A stretch of 64,000 nucleotides of DNA, from NCBI GenBank assembly GCA_016932165.1, contig JAFGDK010000029.1:9249-73248 (forward strand). Direction: 5' to 3'. The first letter of the stretch is position 1, and each line of letters opens with the position of its first letter. Shown here in pieces: positions 50,022-59,631 of the stretch. The translations under genes were made by a program, and so were the position numbers. This stretch comes from Anaerolineales bacterium (GTDB lineage Bacteria; Chloroflexota; Anaerolineae; Anaerolineales; UBA11579). The notes beneath the pieces are model-generated. The model made no database searches and was not told the DNA's origin. It saw nothing but the letters and a program-made list of their open reading frames with translations.

Positions 50022-50181
50022 TTTTCTCCTCTAGGGTAAATTTACAGCCCGTAAGAACACAGGCGCCCCTCAGAGTGCCCCGTATCCCATCCATCCTGGC
50101 TGCATCTGGGCCTTCATTATATCATTGACCGAAACGAAGCCAAATAGCGGGAGCAGAAGGAATTTCGCGTATAATCCGGTT

Positions 50182-51318
50182 ATGGCCGATATTCTGAAAG
50201 TGTTATCCCGAACCAGTCGCTTGATCCTGCTGATGGTTGGACTTGTCCTGACTGCCTGCGGGCAGGCTGATAGCCTTGAAACCACTGCCCCACCGGCATC
50301 ACCCCATCCAACCGCAGAAAACGAAAGGCTGGATACCGATCCAGAGAAATGGCAGCAAACGCTTGACAGCAATCCCGAGGATCCTGAAGCACATTATCAT
50401 CTCGGCTTGATTCTATTGCTCAGTGATCCAGACCAGGCCCTCTCTCACTTGGAAGAGGCACAAGATCTGCAACCGGAATATGCCGGGGCCGTATCCCGCT
50501 TGAAAGCAGCTTACCGGCAGGCCGCAGTGATCGACAACCCGGCCTACCGCCTGACCCTGACCGGCCAGGCATTTGCCGCGATCGGGGAATGGCCCCTGGC
50601 AGAGAGCGCTTTGGAACAGGCCGTCACCGAAGACCCGGAATATGCCGAGGCTTGGGCTTACCTGGGGGAGGCACGCCAGCACACCAGCAGCGGCGAAGCC
50701 CTCTTTGCATTGCAAAAAGCCCACCAGCTCAAGCCTAATTCATTGGCCGCCAACCTGTTTCTCAGCATGTATTACCGCCGGTCAGACCAGCCGCTGACTG
50801 CGGTGAGGTATCTCGAAGCAGCCATACAGCTGGACCCGGATAATAAGGATTTGCAGGCCGATCTGGCACAAACGCTGGTGGAAGCAGGCGGCGCCAGCAA
50901 AGGGTTTAATTTGCTCCAGGATTTGGTGGAAGAAGCTCCGGAAGATGCGGAAAATTGGATACGGCTGGCCCGGTTGAGCATTGATAATAACCTCCAGGTA
51001 GCGGAAAGCGGTCTGCCTGCAGCCCGGCAGGCGCTGCTGCTGGCGCCGAATCACCCCGAAGCCACCCTGCTGCTAGGCCGCAGCTATCTCTTCCTGGGTG
51101 AAAAAGTGCTTGCGGAACGTTTTCTGACTAAGGCCATGTTGCTGGATGAACAGAACCCTGAGCCGCATTATTATCTGGGTATTCTCTATCTGAACACGGG
51201 CCAGATGGAACAAGCCCGGGCATATTTGCTGGAGGCTGACGGTCTTGCCCAGCAATTCGGTGACCCATTATTATCCGAACAAATTAATAAAATTCTCCGC
51301 CAGTATTTTGGAGAGTGA
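50182..51318 (+). CDS. TPR-repeat lipoprotein
   Basis: Lipobox LTAC; multiple TPR repeats. Confidence 0.85.
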   Translation: MADILKVLSRTSRLILLMVGLVLTACGQADSLETTAPPASPHPTAENERLDTDPEKWQQTLDSNPEDPEAHYHLGLILLLSDPDQALSHLEEAQDLQPEYAGAVSRLKAAYRQAAVIDNPAYRLTLTGQAFAAIGEWPLAESALEQAVTEDPEYAEAWAYLGEARQHTSSGEALFALQKAHQLKPNSLAANLFLSMYYRRSDQPLTAVRYLEAAIQLDPDNKDLQADLAQTLVEAGGASKGFNLLQDLVEEAPEDAENWIRLARLSIDNNLQVAESGLPAARQALLLAPNHPEATLLLGRSYLFLGEKVLAERFLTKAMLLDEQNPEPHYYLGILYLNTGQMEQARAYLLEADGLAQQFGDPLLSEQINKILRQYFGE

Positions 51319-51408
51319 GGTTTAGAACCCAACTTATTGCAATGACCAGAGGGCTGTAATATGTGCTAAAATACCGCCACTTTAACCACCGACTCAGGAG
51401 AAGGAATT

Positions 51409-52059
51409 ATGGTACGGACATATAAACTGGCACTCTTTATTTCTGTTATCGCCATCGCCGCGCTGGCATGCAGTTTTGGCGCTGAAGACAGCGGCAGCAC
51501 GGGCGGCGGTGCAGATATCCTGTTTGAGGATGATTTCTCCAACCCCGAGAGCGGATGGGACCGATTTAATGACGGAGAAGGATACACCGACTACGAAAAC
51601 GGCACCTACAAAATTGGGGTGTACACCGACACATTGTTCTATTGGGCGAACCCGTACCGCAACTTTAATGATGTGATCATCGAAGTCCAGGCACAGAAAA
51701 TCACTGGCGGAGACGATATGCAATACGGCATCATTTGCCGCCATGAAGATGTGGACAACTGGTACGCCATGATCATCAGCGGTGATGGGTATGCCGCTAT
51801 TCGCAAACGCTATCAGGGCAGCGAACTGGAATTCATCACCGATTGGGCGCAGGTCTCGGCAATCAACACAGGGAATGCGGCCAACAACCTGCGGGCAGAG
51901 TGCATTGGCAACCAGATTTCATTGTATGTCAATGGTACATTGGCAGTTTCTGTGGTCGACAGCGATCTCACTTCCGGTGATGCAGGACTGATGGCCGGCA
52001 CTTTCGAGCAAACCAGCACGGAAGTCCTCTTCGATAACTTTGTGGTCAGGAAGCCCTAA
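51409..52059 (+). CDS. Lipoprotein with a ConA/beta-jelly-roll-like domain (paralogue 1)
   Basis: Lipobox ALAC; LFEDDFS..SGW, YGIICR, LYVNG and FDNF motifs. Confidence 0.75.
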   Translation: MVRTYKLALFISVIAIAALACSFGAEDSGSTGGGADILFEDDFSNPESGWDRFNDGEGYTDYENGTYKIGVYTDTLFYWANPYRNFNDVIIEVQAQKITGGDDMQYGIICRHEDVDNWYAMIISGDGYAAIRKRYQGSELEFITDWAQVSAINTGNAANNLRAECIGNQISLYVNGTLAVSVVDSDLTSGDAGLMAGTFEQTSTEVLFDNFVVRKP

Positions 52060-52078
52060 ACCAACCTAACCAGAGCCG

Positions 52079-53392
52079 ATGAAGGTGTATTTAGACACCA
52101 TTGGGTGTCGGTTGAACCAAAGCGAGATCGAAACTTATGCCCGGCAACTATCCGCAGCCGGGCATGATTTAGTTGCCCACATGGATGAGGCCGATATGAT
52201 GGTGCTCAACACTTGCACAGTCACCGCCGCGGCGGCCTCTGATTCCCGGCAAAAAGTACGTCAGGCCCACAAGGCCGGCATCCAGCAGATCGTGGTGACC
52301 GGCTGCCTGTCCACTATCAAACCTGAATCGATCCGCAAGATGCCAGGGGTGGTACAACTGGTTCCTAACTCAGAAAAGGATACCCTGGTCGCCAGGCTGC
52401 TCAACTTGCCAAACGAAGCGTTGGAAAAACCAGAAACCAAACGCCAGCCAATTCCCGGCAGTCGGATGCGCACAAGGGCTTTTATCAAAGCACAAGACGG
52501 CTGCGATAACAGCTGCACTTTCTGCATCACCACGGTGGCGCGTGGCGAGGGGCGCAGCTATCCAATCGATCAGGTGATCAATGATGTGCATACCGCCCTG
52601 CGCGGCGGGGCAAAAGAGATCGTGCTGACCGGCGTTCACCTTGGGTCTTGGGGGCACGACTTTGAAAATACCGCCCACCTGGCAGACCTGATCTCTGCCC
52701 TGCTGAAAATCCAGGAAATCCCCCGGCTGCGCGTCTCCTCGCTGGAGCCCTGGGATTTGGACGCGTCGTTCTTCTCCTTATGGCAGGATCCGCGTCTCTG
52801 CCGTCATCTGCATCTGCCTTTGCAGTCCGGAAGCGCAGCCGTCCTGCGCCGGATGGCCCGCAAAATCACCCCGGAGGGATATGCCCGTTTGGTGGAAGAA
52901 GCCCGCAGCCAGATTGAAGATATCGCCATTACCACGGACCTGATAGCCGGCTTTCCGGGCGAGAGTGAGGAAGAATTCAAACAAGGACTGGATTTTGTCC
53001 GCCAGATGAACTTTGCCGGAGTGCACGTATTCACCTTTTCTGCCAGGCAGGGCACAGCCGCGGCCAGAATGCCCCATCAGGTGCATAATTATCTGCGGAA
53101 GGAACGCAGCGCAGTCTTGAGGGAAGCCGCAGCCGAAGATGCCCTTCGCTTCCATCAAAAATTCATTGGGCGGGAGATGAATGTGCTCTGGGAGAGCGCA
53201 TTTCTACTCAACCAAAACGGAAAATGGCAGCTCAACGGCCTGACGGATAACTACCTGCGGGTCAGAGCCGAATCTGATACTGCCCTCAACAACCAGATCA
53301 CCCCGGTGATCCTGAGAGAGATCCTGCCAAAACCGCTCGCATTTTCAGGAAAAATCACCCAATACCCTGATACAATATCCTTAGCCAGATAA
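52079..53392 (+). CDS. mtaB: tRNA t6A37 methylthiotransferase MtaB
   Basis: GCRLNQSE, NTCTVT, radical SAM CDNSCTFC, RLRVSSLEP and HVFTFSAR motifs. Confidence 0.93.
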   Translation: MKVYLDTIGCRLNQSEIETYARQLSAAGHDLVAHMDEADMMVLNTCTVTAAAASDSRQKVRQAHKAGIQQIVVTGCLSTIKPESIRKMPGVVQLVPNSEKDTLVARLLNLPNEALEKPETKRQPIPGSRMRTRAFIKAQDGCDNSCTFCITTVARGEGRSYPIDQVINDVHTALRGGAKEIVLTGVHLGSWGHDFENTAHLADLISALLKIQEIPRLRVSSLEPWDLDASFFSLWQDPRLCRHLHLPLQSGSAAVLRRMARKITPEGYARLVEEARSQIEDIAITTDLIAGFPGESEEEFKQGLDFVRQMNFAGVHVFTFSARQGTAAARMPHQVHNYLRKERSAVLREAAAEDALRFHQKFIGREMNVLWESAFLLNQNGKWQLNGLTDNYLRVRAESDTALNNQITPVILREILPKPLAFSGKITQYPDTISLAR

Positions 53393-53437
53393 ATCACAGG
53401 AAGCGTTTTAGTTTGCGGTCCGATTGGAGGAGAAGCC

Positions 53438-53788
53438 ATGCAAGACCCAGATTGTATTTTCTGTAAGATCATCAATGGGGATATCCCCAGCACCAAAGTT
53501 TACGAAGATGAGCTGTTATTTGCCTTTAATGATATCAACCCGGCTGCCCCGGTGCATGTGTTGATCGTTCCCAAGAAACACATCCAGGATAATAATCACA
53601 TCACAGCCGAGGATGAGGTGATTGCCGGGCGGATGTTCACCGCCGCAAAAGAAATTGCCTCCCAGTTGAAGATCGCCGAGGATGGCTACCGCCTGATTAT
53701 CAACACCGGGCGTCACGGCCACCAGGAAGTTCCTCATCTGCATCTCCACCTGATCGGCGGCCAACCCATGCAGCACCCCATGGGGTGA
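53438..53788 (+). CDS. hinT: Histidine triad nucleotide-binding protein
   Basis: CIFCKI and HLHLH motifs. Confidence 0.93.
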   Translation: MQDPDCIFCKIINGDIPSTKVYEDELLFAFNDINPAAPVHVLIVPKKHIQDNNHITAEDEVIAGRMFTAAKEIASQLKIAEDGYRLIINTGRHGHQEVPHLHLHLIGGQPMQHPMG

Positions 53789-53840
53789 TCTGCTGCCAAG
53801 TGTAGAGCACAATTCAAACCAAATCATGGAGAACACGCTT

Positions 53841-54599
53841 ATGAAATCTAGAACCAAATTATTACTTGTTTTCTCGGTGCTGCTGATAGTTTCATTCGCC
53901 TGTACTTTGCCCTCTGGCAGCAGCTCACAAGAAGCACCGCCTGCCCCGGCTATACCCTCGAACACCCCTCTGCCCCCCCTGCCGACCATCACCCCGCTCC
54001 CGCCAACCCCCGAACCGACCGAAGAACCAACCACTCCCCAGACGCAGGCCAGCCAGGTTCTCTTCTATGATGATTTCTCAGACCCGGCCAGCGGATGGGA
54101 CCGCTTCAGCAACGAACAAGGGATGACCGATTATGTTGATAGCGCTTACAAAATCGCAGTGTATACAGATACCCACTTCTTTTGGGCCAACCCCTACAAG
54201 AATTTTGGCGACCAGATCGTCGAGGTTGAAGCCACAGTGATTAGTACTTCTACCGACAACCAGTACGGCATTATCTGCCGCCATGCCGATGTGGACAACT
54301 GGTATGCCTTGGAGATCAGCTCTGACGGATACGCCGCCATTCGCAAACGCTTCCAGGGAAGCGAACTGGAATACATTGTCGATTGGGTGCAATCCCCCAC
54401 TATTCACCTGGGCAACAGCACCAACAATCTGCGCGCCGAGTGTATCGGCCCCCGGCTGGCCTTGTATGTCAATGGCATGTTAGCCGTTGAAGGGATTGAT
54501 ACAGACATCTCCACCGGTGATGCTGGTTTGATTGCCGGCACCTTTGACGCCCCTTCGGTTGAGGTAATGTTTGACAATTTCCAGGTATCCGCGCCATAG
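53841..54599 (+). CDS. Lipoprotein with a ConA/beta-jelly-roll-like domain (paralogue 2)
   Basis: Lipobox SFAC; Pro/Thr linker; domain aligns without gaps to 51409..52059. Confidence 0.75.
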   Translation: MKSRTKLLLVFSVLLIVSFACTLPSGSSSQEAPPAPAIPSNTPLPPLPTITPLPPTPEPTEEPTTPQTQASQVLFYDDFSDPASGWDRFSNEQGMTDYVDSAYKIAVYTDTHFFWANPYKNFGDQIVEVEATVISTSTDNQYGIICRHADVDNWYALEISSDGYAAIRKRFQGSELEYIVDWVQSPTIHLGNSTNNLRAECIGPRLALYVNGMLAVEGIDTDISTGDAGLIAGTFDAPSVEVMFDNFQVSAP

Positions 54600-54609
54600 G
54601 AGAGGAAAA

Positions 54610-55056
54610 ATGAGCCTGAAAGCCCAAATTCAAAAGGTGCTCACCGAGGCGATGAAAGCCAGAGACGAGCAGACCAAAATTCCACTTCGGCTGGTCATGG
54701 CTGCCATCAAAGAAGCTGAGATCAACCAGAAAGGTGAACTTACCGATGCAGATGTGCTCCGGCTGGTCCAGAAGGAAGCCAAAGCCAGGCAGGATACTAT
54801 CGCCGATGCGGAAAAAGCGGAGCGCCCGGATCTGATTGAACAGGCGAAAGCCGAACTGGCTGTGCTGGAACAATTCCTCCCTGAAGCACTCAGCGATGAA
54901 GCACTTGAGGCTGTAATTCGTGAGACGATTGCTGAAGTTGGCGCCAGCTCAATGGCCGATATGGGTGGGGTAATGAAAACCCTGATGCCCAAAATTCAGG
55001 GACGCGCCGATGGCGGCAAGGTCAGCCAGATGGTGCGCCAGATCCTGCAAAGTTAA
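54610..55056 (+). CDS. GatB/YqeY domain protein
   Basis: AMKARD, FLPEALS, DMGGVM and GRADG motifs. Confidence 0.93.
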   Translation: MSLKAQIQKVLTEAMKARDEQTKIPLRLVMAAIKEAEINQKGELTDADVLRLVQKEAKARQDTIADAEKAERPDLIEQAKAELAVLEQFLPEALSDEALEAVIRETIAEVGASSMADMGGVMKTLMPKIQGRADGGKVSQMVRQILQS

Positions 55057-55070
55057 GGATAAACCAAACA

Positions 55071-57203
55071 ATGACTACCAACAGCATCCCGAAAGAACGC
55101 TTCTGGACCAGGAATGGGGTTTTCAGCCTGACCCTGCTGGTGCTGACTGCGATTCTATCGGTACTGATGCTGGTTTTACCCTTATCTGCCGGGACAAACG
55201 GAAATCAGCTCGCCCTCGGTGATGTCGCCGACCAGGATATCCTCGCGCCTTATGCACTTTCCTTCCAGAGTGAGGTACTCACTGAGATCAGGCAGCAAGA
55301 AGCCGCTAGCAACGTGCCCCCTCAATACACTCAACCAGACCCCAATATTGCCCGCCAACAGTTAAACCATCTGCGGGATGTATTGGATTACATTGACAGC
55401 GTGCGAGCAGATGATTACGCGACCCAGGACCAAAAATTTGATGACCTGGAAGCAATCCAATCGATCCAGCTGCAACCAGAAAATATCAACCTGCTGATTT
55501 CGATGTCCAGTAATGAGTGGCAAACCATCCGGTTGGAAGCCAACCGGATTCTGGAACAGGTGATGCGCTCAGCGATACAAGAAAACCAGCTGGGGGCAAT
55601 CCGCGATGGCATCTCCAACCAGGTCAGCCTATCGCTGCAGACAGATAAACAAATGCTGGTGGTGGATTTGGTCTCCGCATTCATCACACCTAACAGCTGG
55701 TACAGCGAAGAACTCACTGAAGAGATGCGCCAGGCAGCCCGGATAGCGGTCGCCCCTGTGGTTCAGAGTTACCTGGCCGGCGAATCAATTGTCCCTCGCG
55801 GCCATGTGATCACCAACTCCGATGTAGAAGCCCTGGAACAGTTCGGCCTGATGCAACCAGAGATCACCTGGAAAGACGCTATCGAAAAAATTGCCATCGT
55901 GGTGATCAACTTTGTCTTCGTCAGCTTATATTTTACCCAGAGACCCGATTTGAGACAAAATTCCACCAGCCAGCTTCTGATGGCAATCCTGTTCCTGATC
56001 TTCTTGTTTATTGCCCGGACGATCATCCCCGGCCACACCATCATCCCCTACCTGCTGCCAGTGGCCGCCTTTGGGATGCTGATTGCCGCACTGGTCAGTT
56101 CAAGGGCGGCAATCATCCTCTCAGTGGCGCTGGCAATCCTGTCGGCATTCGAGATGCCCAACAGCCTTGAATTGACCCTCTATTATCTGTTCACCAGCGC
56201 TTTTGGCATTTTGCTGCTCAGGAATATCTCCCGAGTTCTGACCTTCTTCTGGGCCGGATTAGGTGTGGCTGCCAGCGGCGCTGTGGTATTGATCGCTTTC
56301 CGGATCGCCGATCCAACCCTGGATATGCTTGGCTTGCTCCAACTGCTGGCAGCTGTCGGGTTCAATGGGATTGCTTCTGCCAGCCTGACCGTTATTCTGC
56401 AATATCTGCTGGCACAGATCCTGGGGCTGACCACCACCTTGCAGCTGATGGAAATCTCACGCCCGGATCACCCGCTGCTGAAGGATATCCTCCGCAACGC
56501 GCCGGGGACTTACCAGCATAGCCTGCAAATCGCCAATCTAGCTGAACAGGCTGCCGAGCGGATCGGCGCCAATTCCCAGCTGACACGGGTGGGAGCGCTG
56601 TACCACGACGCCGGAAAACTGCGCTACCCGATATATTTCATCGAAAACCAGGTTCCCGGATCACGCAATCCACATGACGACCTGCCGCCTATTGAAAGCG
56701 CTCGGATCATCATCCAGCATGTTGCCGATGGTGTAGAACTGGTAAAAAAATACCGGCTGCCAAAAAAGATCCAGGATTTTGTGCGAGAACATCACGGCAC
56801 GATGCTCACCCGCTATCAATACGCCAATGCAGTAAAAGAACATGAGGGCGATGCCCAGGCGATCGACAAATCACTTTTCACCTATCCCGGACCCAAGCCG
56901 CAATCCCGTGAAACCGGGCTGTTAATGCTGGCTGACGGCGTGGAAGCCCGCGCCCGGGCGGAACGCCCCGACAACCAGGAAGCAATCCGGACGCTGATCA
57001 AAGAGGTAGTCAACCAGCGGCTCTCCAGCGGGCAGCTCAACGAGACGGACCTGACCTTGAAGGACATCGAAGAGATCATCGACTCCTTCACCACCACCTT
57101 GCGGGGCGTGTACCATCCACGGATTGAATACCCTAAAATTGACGATGCAACGGTGATAAGCCCCAGACGGTTGATTGAAGAGGATGGAGGTGAATCCCGA
57201 TGA
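55071..57203 (+). CDS. pgpH: 7TM-HD phosphohydrolase, PgpH-like c-di-AMP phosphodiesterase
   Basis: Extracellular domain and 7 TM segments; APGTYQHS, YHDAGK, FIENQ, HHGT and MLADGVEA motifs. Confidence 0.88.
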   Translation: MTTNSIPKERFWTRNGVFSLTLLVLTAILSVLMLVLPLSAGTNGNQLALGDVADQDILAPYALSFQSEVLTEIRQQEAASNVPPQYTQPDPNIARQQLNHLRDVLDYIDSVRADDYATQDQKFDDLEAIQSIQLQPENINLLISMSSNEWQTIRLEANRILEQVMRSAIQENQLGAIRDGISNQVSLSLQTDKQMLVVDLVSAFITPNSWYSEELTEEMRQAARIAVAPVVQSYLAGESIVPRGHVITNSDVEALEQFGLMQPEITWKDAIEKIAIVVINFVFVSLYFTQRPDLRQNSTSQLLMAILFLIFLFIARTIIPGHTIIPYLLPVAAFGMLIAALVSSRAAIILSVALAILSAFEMPNSLELTLYYLFTSAFGILLLRNISRVLTFFWAGLGVAASGAVVLIAFRIADPTLDMLGLLQLLAAVGFNGIASASLTVILQYLLAQILGLTTTLQLMEISRPDHPLLKDILRNAPGTYQHSLQIANLAEQAAERIGANSQLTRVGALYHDAGKLRYPIYFIENQVPGSRNPHDDLPPIESARIIIQHVADGVELVKKYRLPKKIQDFVREHHGTMLTRYQYANAVKEHEGDAQAIDKSLFTYPGPKPQSRETGLLMLADGVEARARAERPDNQEAIRTLIKEVVNQRLSSGQLNETDLTLKDIEEIIDSFTTTLRGVYHPRIEYPKIDDATVISPRRLIEEDGGESR

Positions 57204-57661
57204 TCGAGATCACCATTCACGAAAAGCTGGTCGGATCTGACCAAATAGACAATCCCGCCTTGACCGGCCTGACAGCCCAGGTAATGTTAATCACCGGCAC
57301 AGCTCCAGAAAGCGCCCTCAGCCTGCGCATCACCACAGACGAAGAAATCCAGCAACTAAACAAGAAATATCTGGGAAAGGATGCCCCCACGGATGTGCTA
57401 TCATTCCCAATCTCATTTGAAGACCCTGAAACGGGCGCACCTTACCTCGGCGATATCGTGATCTCCCTGCCAACCGCCACCCGGCAGGCTGAATCCTCTG
57501 GCCACGCAGCCAGTGAGGAGATTAAACTGCTGTTGGTGCATGGTATCCTCCACTTGCTGGGATATGACCACACTACACCAGAAGATAAATCACAAATGTG
57601 GGCATTGCAAAACCAGATATTGACGCAACTGGATATCCAGGCGAAGCCGACCGAAAGCTGA
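57200..57661 (+). CDS. ybeY: rRNA maturation RNase YbeY
   Basis: PTDVLSF, LGDIVIS and HGILHLLGYDH motifs. Confidence 0.95.
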   Translation: MIEITIHEKLVGSDQIDNPALTGLTAQVMLITGTAPESALSLRITTDEEIQQLNKKYLGKDAPTDVLSFPISFEDPETGAPYLGDIVISLPTATRQAESSGHAASEEIKLLLVHGILHLLGYDHTTPEDKSQMWALQNQILTQLDIQAKPTES

Positions 57662-57678
57662 CCATAAAACCCTACACC

Positions 57679-58080
57679 ATGCCTGTTAAGTTCTTCCGCT
57701 CCCGGATCAAATCATTCAAATTTGCCTTTGAAGGCTGGTGGTATGTACTCCACACCCAGCAGAATGCCTGGATCCATGCCCTGGCTTCATTGCTGGTGAT
57801 CCTGGTTAGCGCCTGGTTGAGGCTCAACCGTATCGAATGGGTACTGATCATCCTGGCGATCGCGGTGGTCTGGATTGCAGAGTTCATCAATACAGCGATT
57901 GAAACGGTTGTAGACCTTGTAACAGAGAACCATCATCCTTTGGCCAAAGCCAGCAAGGATGTGGGAGCCGCCACAGTGCTGATCGCAGCCCTGACGGCGA
58001 TCTTGATCGGGCTGATCATCCTCGGCCCGCCCTTGTGGGAAAAACTGACCGCTTACTATACCCTGATAAAAATGAGGTAA
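57679..58080 (+). CDS. dgkA: Diacylglycerol/undecaprenol kinase
   Basis: EFINTAIE.VVD and KASKDVGA motifs; follows ybeY. Confidence 0.9.
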   Translation: MPVKFFRSRIKSFKFAFEGWWYVLHTQQNAWIHALASLLVILVSAWLRLNRIEWVLIILAIAVVWIAEFINTAIETVVDLVTENHHPLAKASKDVGAATVLIAALTAILIGLIILGPPLWEKLTAYYTLIKMR

Positions 58081-58083
58081 TCA

Positions 58084-58935
58084 ATGACAAGCTCTTTTCG
58101 TTTTGGCACAGTTGGCTCACCAATCTCCAGCCCCAAGAGACCCGGGGGCTCAGTTGGGGCTGTGATGCACACCCGGGCGCTTGGCCTGGGCGCAATGGAA
58201 TTAGGCTGGGTGCGTTCTGTGCGGGTCAGCGAGGCGACCTGTGAGGCCATCAAGCTGGCCGGGGAAGAAAACGATGTTCTCCTCAGCGTGCATGCGCCGT
58301 ATTACATCAATATAAACGCCGAAGAAGATGAATGGCCTAAATCCCGCCAGCGGCTGATGGATGCGGCCCATTTCGGCAACCTGGCCGGAGCTACGGAGAT
58401 CATTTTCCACCCCGGCTCCTATTTCGGAGCCCCCCCCGAGGATGTGCTGCCCAACGCGATCAAACGTCTGGCCGGCTGCGTGGAAGAATTGCGAGACGCG
58501 GGTAATCCGGTCACCCTGCGCCCGGAGACGATGGGCAAATCTGCCATGCTTGGCTCGCTGGCCGATACGCTGGAGATCAGCAGGCAGATTCCCGGAGTGC
58601 AGCCCTGCCTAGACTTCGCCCACCTGCACGCCCGCCCGGGCGACGGCACGATGAACAGCTATGATGAGTGGTGCCAGGTGCTGGAGGAATATGGCCGCCT
58701 GCTGGGCGAGGACTCCCTCAAAACCCTCTCCTGCCACCTGAGCGGGATCGAGTATACTGAGAAAGGCGAGAAAAACCACCTGCCGATCGCTGACTCAGAC
58801 TTTAACCTGGAAGCCCTGTTCGAGGCGCTGTGTGAATTCGGGGCAGCTGGGCGGATATTATGCGAAAGTCCGGTGATGGAAGAAGACGCCCTGGTCTTCC
58901 AGGAAACCTGGGCAAAAATCTCAGGAGAAAGATAA
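58084..58935 (+). CDS. nfo: Endonuclease IV (AP endonuclease family 2)
   Basis: HAPYYIN, FHPG, PETMGK, DFAH, HLSGIEY, GEKNH and CESP motifs. Confidence 0.85.
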   Translation: MTSSFRFGTVGSPISSPKRPGGSVGAVMHTRALGLGAMELGWVRSVRVSEATCEAIKLAGEENDVLLSVHAPYYININAEEDEWPKSRQRLMDAAHFGNLAGATEIIFHPGSYFGAPPEDVLPNAIKRLAGCVEELRDAGNPVTLRPETMGKSAMLGSLADTLEISRQIPGVQPCLDFAHLHARPGDGTMNSYDEWCQVLEEYGRLLGEDSLKTLSCHLSGIEYTEKGEKNHLPIADSDFNLEALFEALCEFGAAGRILCESPVMEEDALVFQETWAKISGER

Positions 58936-59016
58936 ATGAGAAGCCTTATTTCTCATTTATATAAGAGTTTGCACAGCAAACTCTATCGATGGAAAAGAGA
59001 TAGATTGTATGACTGA
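58936..59016 (+). CDS. Putative 26-aa small ORF bridging nfo and udg
   Basis: MRSLISHLYKSLHSKLYRWKRDRLYD*; AGGAG SD 8 nt upstream; starts directly after the nfo stop and overlaps the udg start. Confidence 0.35.
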   Translation: MRSLISHLYKSLHSKLYRWKRDRLYD

Positions 59017-59620
59017 TGCCGACACCTTCGCCAAGCTGCAGGCCGAGATGCGCGCCTGCACACTCTGCCTGGATGCAGGATACTGGGTTCAGCCTCCCGC
59101 TGTCACCCAGGGCAGTCACCGCGCCCGGATGATGACCATCGGCCAGGCGCCAGGAATCACTGAGGTGGAAGCTGGGCGGCCATTCAACGCCGGCAGCGGC
59201 AAGCGCCTGTTCGAGTGGCTGGGGCGCGCCGGGATTGACGAAGATTGGTTCCGCAGCACCCAGTATATGACCTCGGTGACCAAGTGCTATCCCGGCCGGC
59301 AGCCATCCGGCAGCGGAGACCGGGTGCCTTCCCGCGCGGAGCAGAAGTTGTGCCAGACCTTCCTCGACCGGGAACTGGCTCTAGTGCAGCCTGAAGTGAT
59401 CATCCCTATTGGGCGGCTGGCAATCGCCCTGTTCTTTAACAACAAGCTCAAGCTGACGGAGATCATCGGCACCCAGATGCAGATCGAAAACAACGCATGG
59501 GTGATCCCCCTGCCGCATTCCTCCGGAGCTTCGCGCTGGCACCAGCTGCAAGAGAACCGTGCCCTGATCGACAAGGCGGTCGATTTGATTGCTGGGCATT
59601 ATCATAGGCTGTTTGGATAG
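59009..59620 (+). CDS. Uracil-DNA glycosylase superfamily protein (family 4-like, four Cys)
   Basis: CTLC, GQAPG, RPF, KCYP, C and LPHSS motifs. Confidence 0.85.
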   Translation: MTDADTFAKLQAEMRACTLCLDAGYWVQPPAVTQGSHRARMMTIGQAPGITEVEAGRPFNAGSGKRLFEWLGRAGIDEDWFRSTQYMTSVTKCYPGRQPSGSGDRVPSRAEQKLCQTFLDRELALVQPEVIIPIGRLAIALFFNNKLKLTEIIGTQMQIENNAWVIPLPHSSGASRWHQLQENRALIDKAVDLIAGHYHRLFG

Positions 59621-59631
59621 AGAGGCAAACC

